A stretch of 61,438 nt of DNA, the filler included, from Basidiobolus ranarum (lineage: Eukaryota): the NCBI GenBank assembly GCA_040143965.1. It is 7 parts of 7 records of this genome, joined end to end, with 100 filler letters (N's around TTAATTAATTAA, not from the genome) between each part and the next. Parts side by side here need not be neighbours in the genome. Positions count along the whole stretch, not along the records: positions 35,211 to 43,890 come from JASJQH010007814.1; positions 43,991 to 52,666 come from JASJQH010007815.1; 5 more parts are not named here. One strand, given 5' to 3'. Each line of letters begins with the position of its first letter. Positions within the stretch are counted from its first letter, which is position 1. This document shows, in pieces, positions 36,139 through 49,609 of this stretch. The notes under the pieces are model-generated. The model was not told the origin of the DNA. It worked only from the letters and a program-made list of their open reading frames with translations, and ran no database searches. Made by a program: the position numbers and the translations under genes.

Positions 36139-39100
36139 TATAGGTTCGTTAGATGAAATATGATCTCTCGAAAATTCATCTTGATAACAGACTTTAAATA
36201 GAGCTGCTTACACTTGGAGTCACGTGAGATTGGTCACGAAGTCCCTCAAGCAAACAGCTTGTAAAGATATTATCACAATTCTCATCGAAATTGCTGGGAA
36301 TGGGAATGATGCAATAGAAAATGGAGAATGACTCGATAAGATCACGTCAACTTGAGTAGAATGGTATCAAGTTTCTTCAGTAACACATATAAATTTTGAT
36401 ATAACGATGCCATTTCACAACGATCTTAATCGTGGACCATGCACAAGCAGTATTGCAAAAGCTTAATACAACCCTAGCAAGAGATAAATATAGAAAAATG
36501 GAGCATATGAGTCAAGTAGATTTGCAGCAGACATATGGCGCCTCTTTCAAGCCGAACTCAATCAGTAAAGTTGACGAAGTTGCGGGACTCTTAGTATTTA
36601 AGAGTCACCACCCACGGCCTCATGACCTGGATTGTATTTGTGATGGCATGGATATTGATATGACGTATGCTGAACCAGCTGTTCTCACAAGACTCTGCTT
36701 GGAGCTCAGCGTTGTACCGAGATGTAGAGATATAGGAGGTGTTGACTATATATTCAGATGGCATTGAGCATGTAGTCACCACCGAGATAGTTGCCATTGG
36801 GGAAAGTGAAACAAGCATAATGAGATGAATATGTATTTTCGATGGAGTTATTAGCATTACAATATATATTAATGAATTGAACCAAATTGGTTTTTGATCT
36901 TGAATTTGAATTCCCACATGTATATACGCCATTGTAGGGTCCTCTTCTCACTATTGGCTCCTGAAGGTGTTAAAGACAATGATAAAGCACAGTTTGTAGT
37001 TATCTCCCAATTCTCTTTTTCAAGGCTGGAAGCAAATTAAACGAATCACTAGAAGTGTGCCAAGACGATACTACGGATAATACTTGTGGAATCAGTGAGA
37101 ATTGAATGACCATTCTAAAGATGCCCAGGGATAATCAAGGTTGAATAAACTAGATAGGGGTAGAGTGGGTCTCATATGAGTGGAGGGAGCCTAGATACTG
37201 GAGCTAAAGTTACGTAACTTATACAGGTGAACGAACTTTATAGTGCGTGAAAGTCAAGTGGGAGACATATTCAAGGATAAATAGGATTTATCACGGGTGC
37301 ACAAGAAATGAGGAACAAACGAACCAACAGAGGTAGTGGAAGACAGGCGGTCTACAAGAAAAATCAGCTTTGTTCAAAAGCTTCAGTTGTTGACTGTGAT
37401 TACTACTATATGGCCTCAAGCTCCACGAACTAGTGGCGGTATAATGCCGAATACAGAATTGAAATTAGCTTATGGTTTTTACGCTAACTTTGGCTCACCT
37501 TGACCAATGGTATTAGTGATCCGAGGATAAAACTATCTGGTTAAATTCACTAGATAGCCAATTGTGGCGAAGGGAAAATCTATTGTCGATCTATTGGATT
37601 CTTTTTGGAGATTATCATAAATATAGATGGTGTTAATCAGCAGATGCTATTAAGGTTTCGGCTAGTATTCCTGATAATGAGGAATGAATTTACTTGATTA
37701 GAGTACTATTTTAAACATCGATCCTCAATTGGTTAGGTTCCAAAGATGCATGCCACAGCAAACTTAGCTTTACTGTTCGTTGAGAATCTTGGATATCGAA
37801 TTTGTCATGCTTCGCCAGTACACAATACACGCTTTCAACCTGAATCTAAAGTATACTTCACAGTTAGTATATGGCTGAAGTCAAAAGACAATTCAGTATT
37901 CTTCATGTGCCAGATGAGTTGAAGTTTACTAGTCAAATTGAACGTGCGTTTATCCATGAAGGTTGCTGTTATATTCTATATTCATAACCTTTCTCTTCTA
38001 AGTAGTTTATATAGTTGGAACTGTGTAGTACGCAATTCCGAATCGGTAAGGTCAACTTGAGCTACTATATATTTGGAGTCAACCAAGTCGCTTGTAAATG
38101 GCACATCTCAAAAATGCTATACTATAACTCATATATTGGAATCTTGAACCGACATAATTATTATAAGAGAGTAAATCCATATCCTTCTTATTTCGATATG
38201 GGCCTTTTCCCAAGAATCTGAAGAAGTGTGGCCATTATGTCGTTAGTAGTACTGTAGCCCAAGTGTTTTTAAACCATATACATCATAGAACTAAAGCGAG
38301 TGTTCTTAACTCGCACGGAAACTGTACGTGTTTCCTCCTTATTATGTTATGGAAATTCTTTTAAGGCCAATATATGCCACCGAACTGAAGCTTTTGACGC
38401 TAAACTAGCCTTAATTTGAGGATAGCACCAAGGCCATTCGTGCCCATCCAGCTCCAAAAGTTGACAAATAATGTCTTGCCGATTATCCGATATTACACTA
38501 ATTGGTGTGCAAGCATAAATATTACGGGATGTGAATTCGTTGGAAACAAGCTTAGTGGCAACTGTATCGCATAGGGAACGAGTAGCTAGCTTCCAGTGAG
38601 ATAGCACAACAGACTACTATCAAAGTATTTCCTCATCACTTTCTCTGGGAAACGCTTGGGCAATCAATATTGTTAAGAAGGCTCGTGAAAGTCGGGACAG
38701 CCTACTTCGAATCTCATGATAGAAATCTTTCAGTGGAGAATGTAACTCATAACTTCAATCGCACTAAAATAATTTTTTACTACTCCCTTATCAACTCTGG
38801 CTACTCTTACAGAGCTATCTACATTCTATTAGCAACACATCCACCAGAGCGCTTGAGCTCAAATACGATGAGTTCTATTGCCTTGCCATCATTGAAGATT
38901 TACTTGATCTGAACTTCTGATCTGGCCTCACTCGTCTTGCGCGTTTTCAGAATGATAACATACCTATTCGTATTTAGTTTAAAAAGGGTACCTCTAACAG
39001 AGTTATACCCCACAAACAACTCCATGTCTGCTGAGCCTTTCCCCGGTTTATTTTTGCTGGTCCTCACAATGGTAATCATAGTAACAAATGGTGGTCGTAC

Positions 39101-39171
39101 AATAAACTCAGCAAATACAAAATTCCGCCGCAAGTCAACTATGGCTACACGTTAGCAAATGACCTGATAGC

Positions 39172-40203
39172 TTACCTGTTGTAAATTGACTGCTCCACAG
39201 ACCAATTGTCCGACAGATATCTAGGCCGAGCATGCTGAAGAAAATGCTGGCGCCAAGACATAATAAATACCTCCAGATCAGGCCATCGCTCCCGACATTC
39301 ATTAGTTACGGATGAGCATTCCATCAACTGGTCGACTACGATCTTTCCATGCTCTTTGTATTGTTCAGATTTTTCGCGATCCACTAATTGTGCTGCCAAG
39401 TCCAAAATGCTATCAGTGATTAAGTTCGTGTTCTCATGCGTCTGGTTCCACCATGCCATTACAATGCCCTCTAACTCCAAAATTCTACTAGGTGGTATCT
39501 TATCTCGACTTTTAATTAACGCAGCGGCCGCTCGACTAACTGGGCGATTCTCTGGATAAAGCGTCCAACCAGTTCCTTCTAAAGGTGCCAAATATTTTTT
39601 CACTAAGCTTTTCTTGTATTGCATGGCGAATTTTTCGTACTCATCGTGACAGTTTAGACAAAGCGGAAGAAGATCGAAGCTCTGGAGGATATATATATAT
39701 AATCAGTTTTATGAGCTTAACAAAAAGAGTCTGGTTCACTTACCGACCGGGATTTTATACATTCAGGCATATGTCTACGATACATATCGGGGACTGGTGT
39801 AAGTTATATTTATTCTATAGTCAGTAACATGTAATAGCTTACAAATCTCGCTAAAGTACTTACCAACGTGATGCAAGGAAAGTTTGTTTATTCCGCCACA
39901 TACAACACATATATTCTCCTGATCCTCCAGGTAGAACTCATCCCCTGCTCTTCCAGTTCCTTTAGTTTCAAAGTTCAGCCTGATCGACTTGTCGTCTATA
40001 TATTGAGCAAGTCCTCGTGAATGATACCATTCTAGTCGTTTTCTAACGGACTGTTAGGTATGATATATTAAATAATGGTTGTCTCGAACTTACTGGTTAC
40101 ACCGAAAAAGCAAGACCCCTTCTTTAGAAAAGACCTGATAATTCTCATATATTTGTTTTTGTCTTGGTGCTAGCTTCGGTTGCTTTCTGGGTCTGTCGTC
40201 CAT
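39172..40203 (-). CDS. Stand-alone HNH-like Zn-binding protein resembling the C-terminal domain of EXD2
   Basis: Spliced over three GTAAGT introns: IYENYQVFSKEGVLLFRC..KRLEWYHSRGLA..IRLNFETKG..FYLEDQENICVVCG..HHVVPDMYRRHMP..DLLPLCLNCHDEYE..WRQHFLQHARPRYLSDNWSV. ATG at 40203, no DEDD exonuclease domain upstream. Confidence 0.8.
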
Positions 40204-40676
40204 GATATAAACCAACCAAATACTAACTGTTTAAAGATATCGGGATATATATACTCTGAAATCATTAGTTGCTCCATCAAAATAATCAGTTAATTACGGA
40301 AAAGAAAATTCTTCTGTCCAGATCAGCTTGCCATCTTTCTACTTTATTAGCGGTGATTAAACATCCCTCAATTGTCAAATTTGAAAAGTATTGGAGATGA
40401 GCTGAAAATGCATAGGATAATTAGAGGAAATATGTGATTTTCTTTTATGATTGAATTGAATAGAGAATAAATATTTTTAAGTATGTTGAGAATCCAGAAA
40501 AATATTTATATATTAATGTTGAGCAAAGTTGATGAATTGGAACGTTTTGGACAATTGAGTTGAAACCAAAACAAGGTTATGCTTTTGATATATTATAATA
40601 TAGAGTATATGAGCATACCATATACTAAACATGATCACAACTATCTTGGTTATTTCCTCAATATTTTAACAGAGTT

Positions 40677-40985
40677 TGTTGGAGGATCTCGACATAATAG
40701 AGGTAGACTTTATATATTAGAGACAACTTATGATAATGTTTTAGTTACTTTATTCTTAAGAGAATATGTGACTTATATAGTAGAGAAGTAAATCAATTGT
40801 TTGAGATATTCAGAAGTTTGTGTATTAAGATATAATAGATAGGTGGGGGTAATATGACTATTGTATAGATATAGAGATATTTCTAATTAGAATATAGGGG
40901 TTATAGATATGTTGCTTTCTGTTTCTGATATATGTATCATAACTAGAGTTAACTAAGTTGTTGAATAAAGATTAATTATCCAACA
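40677..40985. mobile_element. Solo LTR, family B (309 bp)
   Basis: TGTTGGA...TCCAACA termini, flanked by near-TSD GAGTT/GGGTT. Homologous in reverse complement to 52767-52900. Confidence 0.7.
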
Positions 40986-41039
40986 GGGTTGGTTATCCAC
41001 TCTGTTGATACAAGCACACCAACACCACATAAAAAATCT

Positions 41040-42281
41040 TAAAGTATTCTGAGAGCCTGATGGAAGTGGTTTGGAGAACTAGAGAAATTGGTGCTTTTCA
41101 CTTATTGATTTATTGAGTAGAAAGTTAACAATCACATTTTTATCTGCTAAATTATTTGATAGCCTGTTGGAAGTGGTTTGGAGAATTAGAGAAATTGATG
41201 GTTTTCCCTTATTGATTTATTGAGTTGAAAGTTGAAATTCATAGATTTATCAAGATGTAGACAAACGGGCATGTAACATGTGCTAAGGAAGGTCCCAGGA
41301 ACATGTGTGCAAAGCTTGGGGCTTCTAGCACAAGTCTGAAAAGTCTATATATCTGAGAACTTATAAGTTGGTTTCTATATTCAAAGCAAATTCTGATTGA
41401 GAATAAAGGGTAATATCTTGGTGAAATATAAGATAACCAAGTACTAAGCTCTATATGACTATATAGATGTTTAGGAAATGCTAATTTCAACATTATCATG
41501 ATATAGACAAACTAACATCCAGAATGTGTTACAGAAGGTCCCAGGAACATTTGCACAAAGTTTGGTTCTTCTTTGAAAAATATAACCATCTGAGAGCTTC
41601 CAAGTTAATAAATTATTCTGAGGAAATTCCAATTGATAATAATGAGCAATATCTTAGTTCAATATAGAATAACCATGTACTAAGCTATGAATGAGTATAT
41701 AGATGCTTAGGCATTGCTAATTTCCACAGTTGGATAGTAGTTTGGAGCACTATCAAAGTTAGTGGTTTTCACTTGTTGATTTATTGAGTGGAAAGCTAAC
41801 ATTTAGAGTTTTATCAGGAAGAAGACCAAGAAGCATGTACAATGTGTTAAGGACAAAGCCAGGAATATGTGTGCAGAGCCAGGGCTTTCAGAACAAGTGT
41901 GAGAAAATATATAAGTGAGAACTTCCAAGTTGGTTGAAATACTAAGTACATTACAATTTGGAAAAGTGTTGAAGTATTTTGGGAGTTGTTGGAATTAATG
42001 GTTGACACATACTGATTTTGCAAGTAGAAAGTTAATATATATAGTTTTATCAAGAGGCAAACAAAAAAGCATGCAGAATGTGTTAAGAAAGGCCCTAGAA
42101 ACATGTGTGCAAAGCTTGGGGCTTCCAGCTTAAGTTCAAAAAGAGTATATATTGAAAGACCTCTAAGTTATTAAGTAAATCCCAAGTGAGAAAAATGGGT
42201 GATATCTTAATGAGTTAATGAATAGCTCAGCACTAAGCTATATATGAATAGGTAGATGCTTAGGCTATATTAATTTCAATA
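41040..42281 (-). mobile_element. Cluster of copia family-A LTR copies (nested and tandem)
   Basis: Four segments homologous to LTR 27039-27386: an outer LTR 41040-41144 plus 41498-41728, the nested copy, and partial copies ~41729-41945 and ~41950-42281. Confidence 0.82.
41145..41492 (-). mobile_element. Complete family-A solo LTR inserted inside another family-A LTR
   Basis: 348 bp, the same length as 27039-27386, with TG...CA ends and a perfect 5-bp TSD TTATC (41140-41144 and 41493-41497). Confidence 0.85.
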
Positions 42282-42356
42282 GGAACATGTATCCTGTTGT
42301 GAAACTCTTGTCTTGTTTATCTTTTCCCTAATTTTGATATAAGTATTCCAGCAGAC

Positions 42357-42660
42357 CATGTGCAACCTCAAACTTTGCACACATGTTCCTGGAGCCTTCC
42401 TTAGCACATTCTATATATTGGTTTGCTTACCTCTTGCTAAAACTATGAACCTCAACTTTCTACTCAATGAATTAATAAGTGAAAACCATCAATTCTTTCT
42501 AGTTCTGCAGACCACTTTAAACAACTCTCAAAATACCATAACATGTTATGAGACCCAAGCTTGCACTCTCCGTAACCTCTACTTTGCAAATATCTGGAAC
42601 TTGTCCTTCCTCTGAAAAATTAGATGGAATCAATTATCAAGTTGGAAACAAAAATCATCA
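42357..42660 (+). mobile_element. Inverted copia family-A LTR end, PBS and start of gag
   Basis: Reverse complement of LTR A ending AACA at 42543, then TGTTATGAGACCCAAGC (PBS) and EKLDGINYQV. Confidence 0.8.
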
Positions 42661-43687
42661 AGATTGTTCAAGAATGCCAAAATCACTTCCCTGTGGTTCT
42701 ATTAAAAATATAGTATAATAGTCAGATAAATACTATAGCTCAATATCCAAAAAATTACATTTAGTGTGGAAAATTTACAGTAAAAAATGTCTTGAAAAGA
42801 AGTTAAATCATGCATTCATTTCCTTGAAATTTCTATATACTATGACTTTTCCTCACTTACAGAATATGGTTTTTTCCATTTAATAAATCCATGGAACGCC
42901 AATCAAGTATGTAGATCTTTGATTGGTTTGAGAAATGATTTCATAGTTACTATTCATTTAATGCGTAATGAAGTTTGCAGGGAGTGAGCTAAGTAACATA
43001 CGAGTCAATGTTGCAACCAAAAAAAATTTTTTTACTAATCGAGAGCGAACTCTAAATTCGGTCGATGACCAGATGAAAATCATTTATCCATTCTTGGGAG
43101 ATAGAAGGGGAGGGGATGCAAACAGTATGTCCAGAGTCAACACTAAGTAATGGTCAAGTGAAATCTACTAGAACTATTCGAATTAAGCACAGATAAATAT
43201 CCTCATGAAGGATGCAGTGAAATATATATAGATACCTACCATATAAGGACATATTGTCAACAGTGGTTACTTCGCTTACTCAATTTGTAGACAGTATGGG
43301 ACACCAAATCGATCAGCAATACATGTATTACTATATGGATATCCATTCTGATGATTGATTACTGATTACATGATTTTATCTAAGCTCTCATTGCATTCGT
43401 TGGCAAATACAGCACTAAATAGGTTAGCAACCGATTTTGAGGAGTGAGCCAATAGCCAGGAAACACCAATATGTTACACAGGGTTCATTACCAACACTTC
43501 CGCGAGTACCAAACAAACCTTGCAAGTCGTGCACAGTTCTATCAATCAGTGGAATATAAAGGGAGACTTGGTTGCTATTATCTTGAAAGGATAGATACAG
43601 ACTCGGATAACAACTAAATCACTGGACTCTCCATCATCCTCTATACTTTAAACTGAGCATATTCTTATACATTTTGCCTTCGCTAGG

Positions 43688-43890
43688 ATGACATTTGCAA
43701 ATTCTACTCGTTATCTTTTGTATAAAAATTTTCTCTTGTACAAATCCAGTTGGTTTCGTACTACGTGTAGAAATGTTCTCGTCCCATTGCTGATATTGGG
43801 ACTTTTTGCCAGTATTAGAGGCAGCGTCAGCAAATTCGTTAATGACAAGAACTACGGTTACGCGAAGGAAGCGTCTACGATTAGGAATAG
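43688..43890 (+). CDS. Probable ABCA-family transporter N-terminus, truncated by contig end
   Basis: YLLYKNFLLYKSSWFRTTCRNVLVPLLILGLFASIR resembles the ABCA N-terminal LLxKNxxxxxRxxxxxxxExxxPxxxxxxLxxIR pattern. TATA-like element near 43555. Confidence 0.55.
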
Positions 43891-43990
43891 NNNNNNNNNN
43901 NNNNNNNNNNNNNNNNNNNNNNNNNNNNNNNNNNTTAATTAATTAANNNNNNNNNNNNNNNNNNNNNNNNNNNNNNNNNNNNNNNNNNNN
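43891..43990. other. Artificial contig linker
   Basis: N44-TTAATTAATTAA-N44. Confidence 0.98.
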
Positions 43991-44468
<478 letters not shown>

Positions 44469-45865
44469 TATGTAAAGTGGGGAGCTGTCTAAGGATGAAG
44501 TCACTTTAGTAACGGTGATTCTGAATTTATTTGGTTTCAAGTTCGAAAGGACAGGGCTACCAAAAATTAGATTCAACACTAAATCATTGGCTCCAAGTGC
44601 TTTAGAATGAGCATGGCCAATTCTACATTATAAAAATTTTCTCGCATAGTAAAGTACCCCAGTCGGTGGATATTGTATATGCTCTTTCCATGTGTCGATT
44701 TCTATTTTGGCCAAATAATCTCACATCACTTCCTATACTCAAGCATATAACGTAGGTCCCTCTCACTCAAACCACCCAATTACACTGTCCTGTACGAGCA
44801 TTGCGATTATCTACCCTAGATAAGATACCAGAGTCCAATCATTATCAACGAGTGGAGTTAACAGATGTATATATATAAGTATATATATATATATATTTGT
44901 AGATAAATATGAATTGGTGCAATCTCTTGTGCCATTGGTGGACGAAATATGATATCAAATAAAGTTCGGTCCAAATGCATACATCCTAACCCTATACCTA
45001 ATCCTATGCCTTCACTGATTCTTTTGCAACTCTGTCAGCCAAGCTTCCTCTGCCGAGAGGGGTGGCCTAGCACCAAGCGTTAGCGGTACTAGAGATGTCA
45101 CTTTGCTACTCATGGTCCTGCTACCCCAGCCCCGAGTCGCTTCTTTGACATTCATCGGGCAAATGGATTTTAGGATAGTCTGTGTAACACTGTCGAGTCA
45201 ATTCCTTGGTTATCATGATAATCAAGTATACAGATAATGATAAGAACTCAATACCCTAAGCCTATTGGCTCCTTAGTTCAGTCACATCTAGGATAGTAAT
45301 TCCCTATTTCGAACCCTTGATGAGCCCTGTCTGGCCGAACCCTAACCCTTAAATATATATCCATCCCCAATCTTAACCCTAGCCCCACTCCCTCGAAGTC
45401 AGGAGCACATCATCATGGTTACAAATAATCACGCCAATTAGGCAAAAGTTGGAATTAGAGTTAACTTTGAAACACAACAAATATTTGGAAAGAGAGCTTT
45501 GACATTGACTGTGAGTTCAGTGGGCGTCCAAAATACTGGTGAAAATACTGGCCATGTGGGATTTTATTAGTTTACTTATTATTGCTGTAGTATAATCATC
45601 ACAGCAATTCAGGAGCATTTGCTGGTTCTTGGTAAATCTAGGAGTTGATAATTATTTAATAGGTGATTTGTTAAACTCATCCCATGGGAACTGAGCGTAA
45701 TGCTAAACATCATCATTAATTGATGGCTTGTAAAACAGAAATGTCAATGTATTTACCTGAATGCACTTACGAATATAGTGTTAGCCGTATCCTTTCTTAC
45801 CATTTGTTTATAGTATTGCTTCTTTATTACTTCCTCCATAATATCTTATTCAACAAAATACTCTA

Positions 45866-48151
45866 ATGTTTAAGAATTGGAAAAAGAAATCCAGTAGTAC
45901 AAAGAGTGATTCAAGTGAGAGGCGTTTCAGTCTACTGGGCTCTAAAACTTCACAAAGCCCTGTATCTGGTGGTTCACCAGATCTTCGCCCATTTGCTTAC
46001 TCAAAAGTAAGTTTGTAAACGATGAACTGAGGTAGCATAGCTATTTAAATATACGGAGCACTAATTTTTTCAGGATGATTCTGGTTATCAAAGGAAAGAT
46101 TCGCAGACATCGACTTTGTTGTCAGCTCCTTCGATGGTAAGCTTAAATAGTCAGACCAGTAGCATACTAGAGCCTGGAGCGACAAGTACACTTTATCCAG
46201 AAGAAGTCCAGAGTACCCAGTCGTTTCATAACCCTCACGCAATAACCAAACCTGTTAATAACCATACAAACGACTTGCCCATTCCGATGATAAAAGAACC
46301 CACAGTTTTACCCAAAGGTAAATCTTTTCCTCTAAGAAATCAAACTGTTACATAATTAATTCTTTTCTGTAGTATCAAAAGAAAGACGTGAAGTACCTTC
46401 CATTCAATACGAAGAAGCTTCTATCGACCTGCAAGCCGATGAAAGTAAGACCTATCGAATAGTATTCTTCACTGAAAAAGTTTAAGCTACTTAATTGAAG
46501 GTCGTTATTATCTTCAGATGTAATGCTTGTATATCGACTTGATAGCCGAGTTCAGAAGTTACAAAAGCAGGTTTGTACATCCATACTGATTGTCCTATGA
46601 TTGCTCAATAACTACCGTACGAGTGAGCTTTCTCTTGATCAGCAAAAGTCTAATAGAACTCCATTTCATGCAATATCTAGGTCAAAGATATGCGTCAGTA
46701 TTTCAAGGGTCTTCTCAAGCGAGACACAGAGGAGCTAGTTACAGCGAGTATCAAGATCCAGGCACTAGCTCGTGGATATCTGGTAAGTCAAGCACTTTGC
46801 CTTGTTTCTTTTGTTAGATAAAGGGCTCGTTGTATCCTGTAAGTTTGACATACAGACTGAACAAATCTCTCATGTACCACTTGGAACTATCTGAATATAG
46901 ACAAGGAAGGAGTATCGAGATTACAAGTTTGTTAAGTTGCGGGGACTCCACATCACCAGAAAGCTGATGACACGTTGCCAGTTACAAAAGGAATGCTCAC
47001 GTATCGGAGGGTTCACAACCGAAGGAGGCACTGGTGAGTGACATCTAAGTAGTTGTTTGTTTGTCCGTCTGTTATCTTTGCACAGGTCCATACCACCTAT
47101 CCATGTGAACATGGATGAGCAGACACAAATGCACACTTTTTTCACTTGTCCACTCATCGTATGATCTAACTAATAACATCTCTTCACTACCTCCCTACCA
47201 ATCTATGGAATAGCTACAGACACCGAGCAGGACTTGGCAGCAGTGAAGATTCAAAGAGCATGGCGTGGACAAATGGTTCGCACAAGAGTTGGCCAGCATA
47301 AGCGCATAGAAGGTGCAGCTACCCGGATTCAGTCATTGTGGTAAGTAAGCAGAGCATAAGTATTAGTATGAGTATGAGCATGAGCAGTACTTGCATCAAT
47401 GATGGTGATAGTACGCTGAGCGAAAAAAGGAAGGGAGGGGGAGAGCGCAAATGATAGTTTGTTTAGTTGTATTGATAGTTGATAACATTCTCTAACATCC
47501 TGCTTTTTTGCTTCTCTTTCCTACTCGCTCTGGTGTTATCATCTCTATTTCTGCTGCTATTTTTTGTGTGGGTGTTGGTGTATGAATGATGAATAGGCGT
47601 GGATATCGTACGCGTGAGGCAAACCCACGACTCATGGTGAAGATATTGCGGAAGAGATCGAAGGAGCAACAGAAGACTATCCAAAGGCTAACACGCGATG
47701 TCAAAACACTACAAATCCAGATGGACGAGGAGATCATGATCCAGAAGGAACATACAGACTCTTTGAGCTATCTACACACCGAGGTAAGCTCTCTCTCTCC
47801 CTCACTTACCCCTATTCGCTGTATAGTGTGCGGCTAGCAAAGTAATGGCTTAGCCATTGTCATGTTTGAGATTAGGGTTAAGACTGTTTGTATAGTGAAA
47901 TCACAAACTGATCTAAATGTAACATTGGAATATAGGTGCGAGCATTGAAGGCTGAGAAAGCCATATCACCCAAGAAATCACCAGTAGCGGTTCGAAAGCC
48001 CCGGCTCTCTTCTGGACCACCAGCAGTTGATTTCTCCAAATTTGTAACACAGGAAGACTTCACATACTTGAAAGCAGAAATCGAGTTTCTTCATCAGCGT
48101 TTGGAAGAACTAAGTAGCAATGCAAACTCCGCTAATACCAAAAATAGCTAA
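45866..48151 (+). CDS. Multi-exon IQ-motif / coiled-coil protein, C-terminal part CEP97-like
   Basis: Spliced model with a Ser-rich N-terminus and three IQ motifs (IQALARGYLTR, IQRAWRGQMVR, IQSLWRGYRTR), then coiled coils. GT-AG introns include 47341-47596 and 47784-47935. Confidence 0.75.
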
Positions 48152-48572
48152 TACCCAAGATATTCATCTACTACTACACTCTAAAAAGGAAATGAAATTT
48201 TTCATGGTCCTTGATCAATATGCCTCCCAAAAGTTGATTTGGTAACGATATCTAATTTACGTACTCCTGCAGTATTTTACTATATTAAGGAACTTCTTAG
48301 CAAAGTATATCAGCAATCACAACTCTCCCAGATCTTAGTAGACTGATTTGTTCGCATAGTAAATATGATATTCAATATTTATACTCTTTAATGGATTGAC
48401 TGTTCGACAATTCCACCGAAAAACAAATATTAAAGGGAAGAAATAAGCAAAAGGCAAGTAATGGGTGTGAAATAGCTGCATGTCATGAATTAGATTCCTG
48501 AGAATATGGGTTTCAAAAAATCGTTGAAAATAAGGCAATGTACATAGGTAACTTGGGTTAGCTGAATGTCAA

Positions 48573-49609
48573 TTATATTATGCGTAACTAGATTAAAATG
48601 TAAGATGCTCAGTTACGCAGTCAATTGCACAATTAAATCCCACTACTTACATAATTACTCGGTACAATGCCAACTGTACCATCACTACGTCGAGCTTGCC
48701 ACCATTTCCCCTTAGTGTCGACAATATCCAGTGTCTCATCTTTCACGAAGGAAATCTCATTTGGATCCACATTGCTCGCTTCATCTAAATTGAATACAAA
48801 ATGGGATCAATTACTTTGTTTAACGTTGCAATATCTGAAGGACTGGTTACATGAATAGATCGCGCGAGCCTTATATGTGTATTTTGGATTTTGGATCAAT
48901 GATGGATAGTACCCCATTCCAGTGGTGCTAGTACTGTTGCGACCCTGCATGATATGATGATCGATTTCTCCTAGCTGTGGCGAAGCATTGCTTTCTATCA
49001 TATCACTAGAGTATGCTGACTGATCGTCTTCTATATGTTGGTCACCATCGAAGCCTAATCCAAACATCCAAGTAAACTTTGTATTTGGTTAACAATGAAA
49101 AGGGACTCCTTACTGCCAAGAAAGATTATTCTTACCATTCCGATGGCAGCCAAGATACATCCTGAACCAAGAGCAACTATGGATGTTACCTTGGAGTATA
49201 TCGTATCATCGATTTCTATGACCAAAAACATGATAGCAACAGCTATCAGAGGGAGGAACTGAATACAAATATGTGAATGTCGTAGAATGGGAAATTGGAT
49301 ATTCAACTCGGTGACTTACCGCTAACCTGAGCTTCCTAATAAACCCACCAAAGGTAGCAACAGATATCCCGAAAATTAGGCAAAATAAATACCCTACAAC
49401 GAACCAAGTAAACCCTGAGGCACGCAGTGCACAAGAGGAAGCAAAAATGACTACCAGTCCGCACTATATGCACCAGATATGCAATATTCGTTAGTCGTTA
49501 AAGTCAAATACCCTTCCCAAAAATGGTGGCTACGTGTATTTGTTTTTACCAAGTTCAGTATCAGGGCTACCAGAAAAAGGGGGCTTCGACGTGAAAAACT
49601 TGTATACAT
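48573..49609 (-). CDS. SHO1: Sho1 osmosensor (4 TM + SH3)
   Basis: Four hydrophobic segments over exons 1-4, then SH3 YKARAIYSY|EASNVDPNEISFVKDETLDIVDTKGKWWQARRSDGTVGIVPSNY|LRII*. Five GT-AG introns. Confidence 0.87.

Noticed and set aside
36432-36820. 111-aa GTG-started ORF with a possible frameshifted continuation
   Set aside because: No recognisable domain or splice model; at most a pseudogene.
41239-42615. ORFs of 85-86 aa that resemble each other and 27343-27525
   Set aside because: They are translations of LTR-A copies.
44868-44896. (TA)n microsatellite
   Set aside because: Ordinary short repeat.
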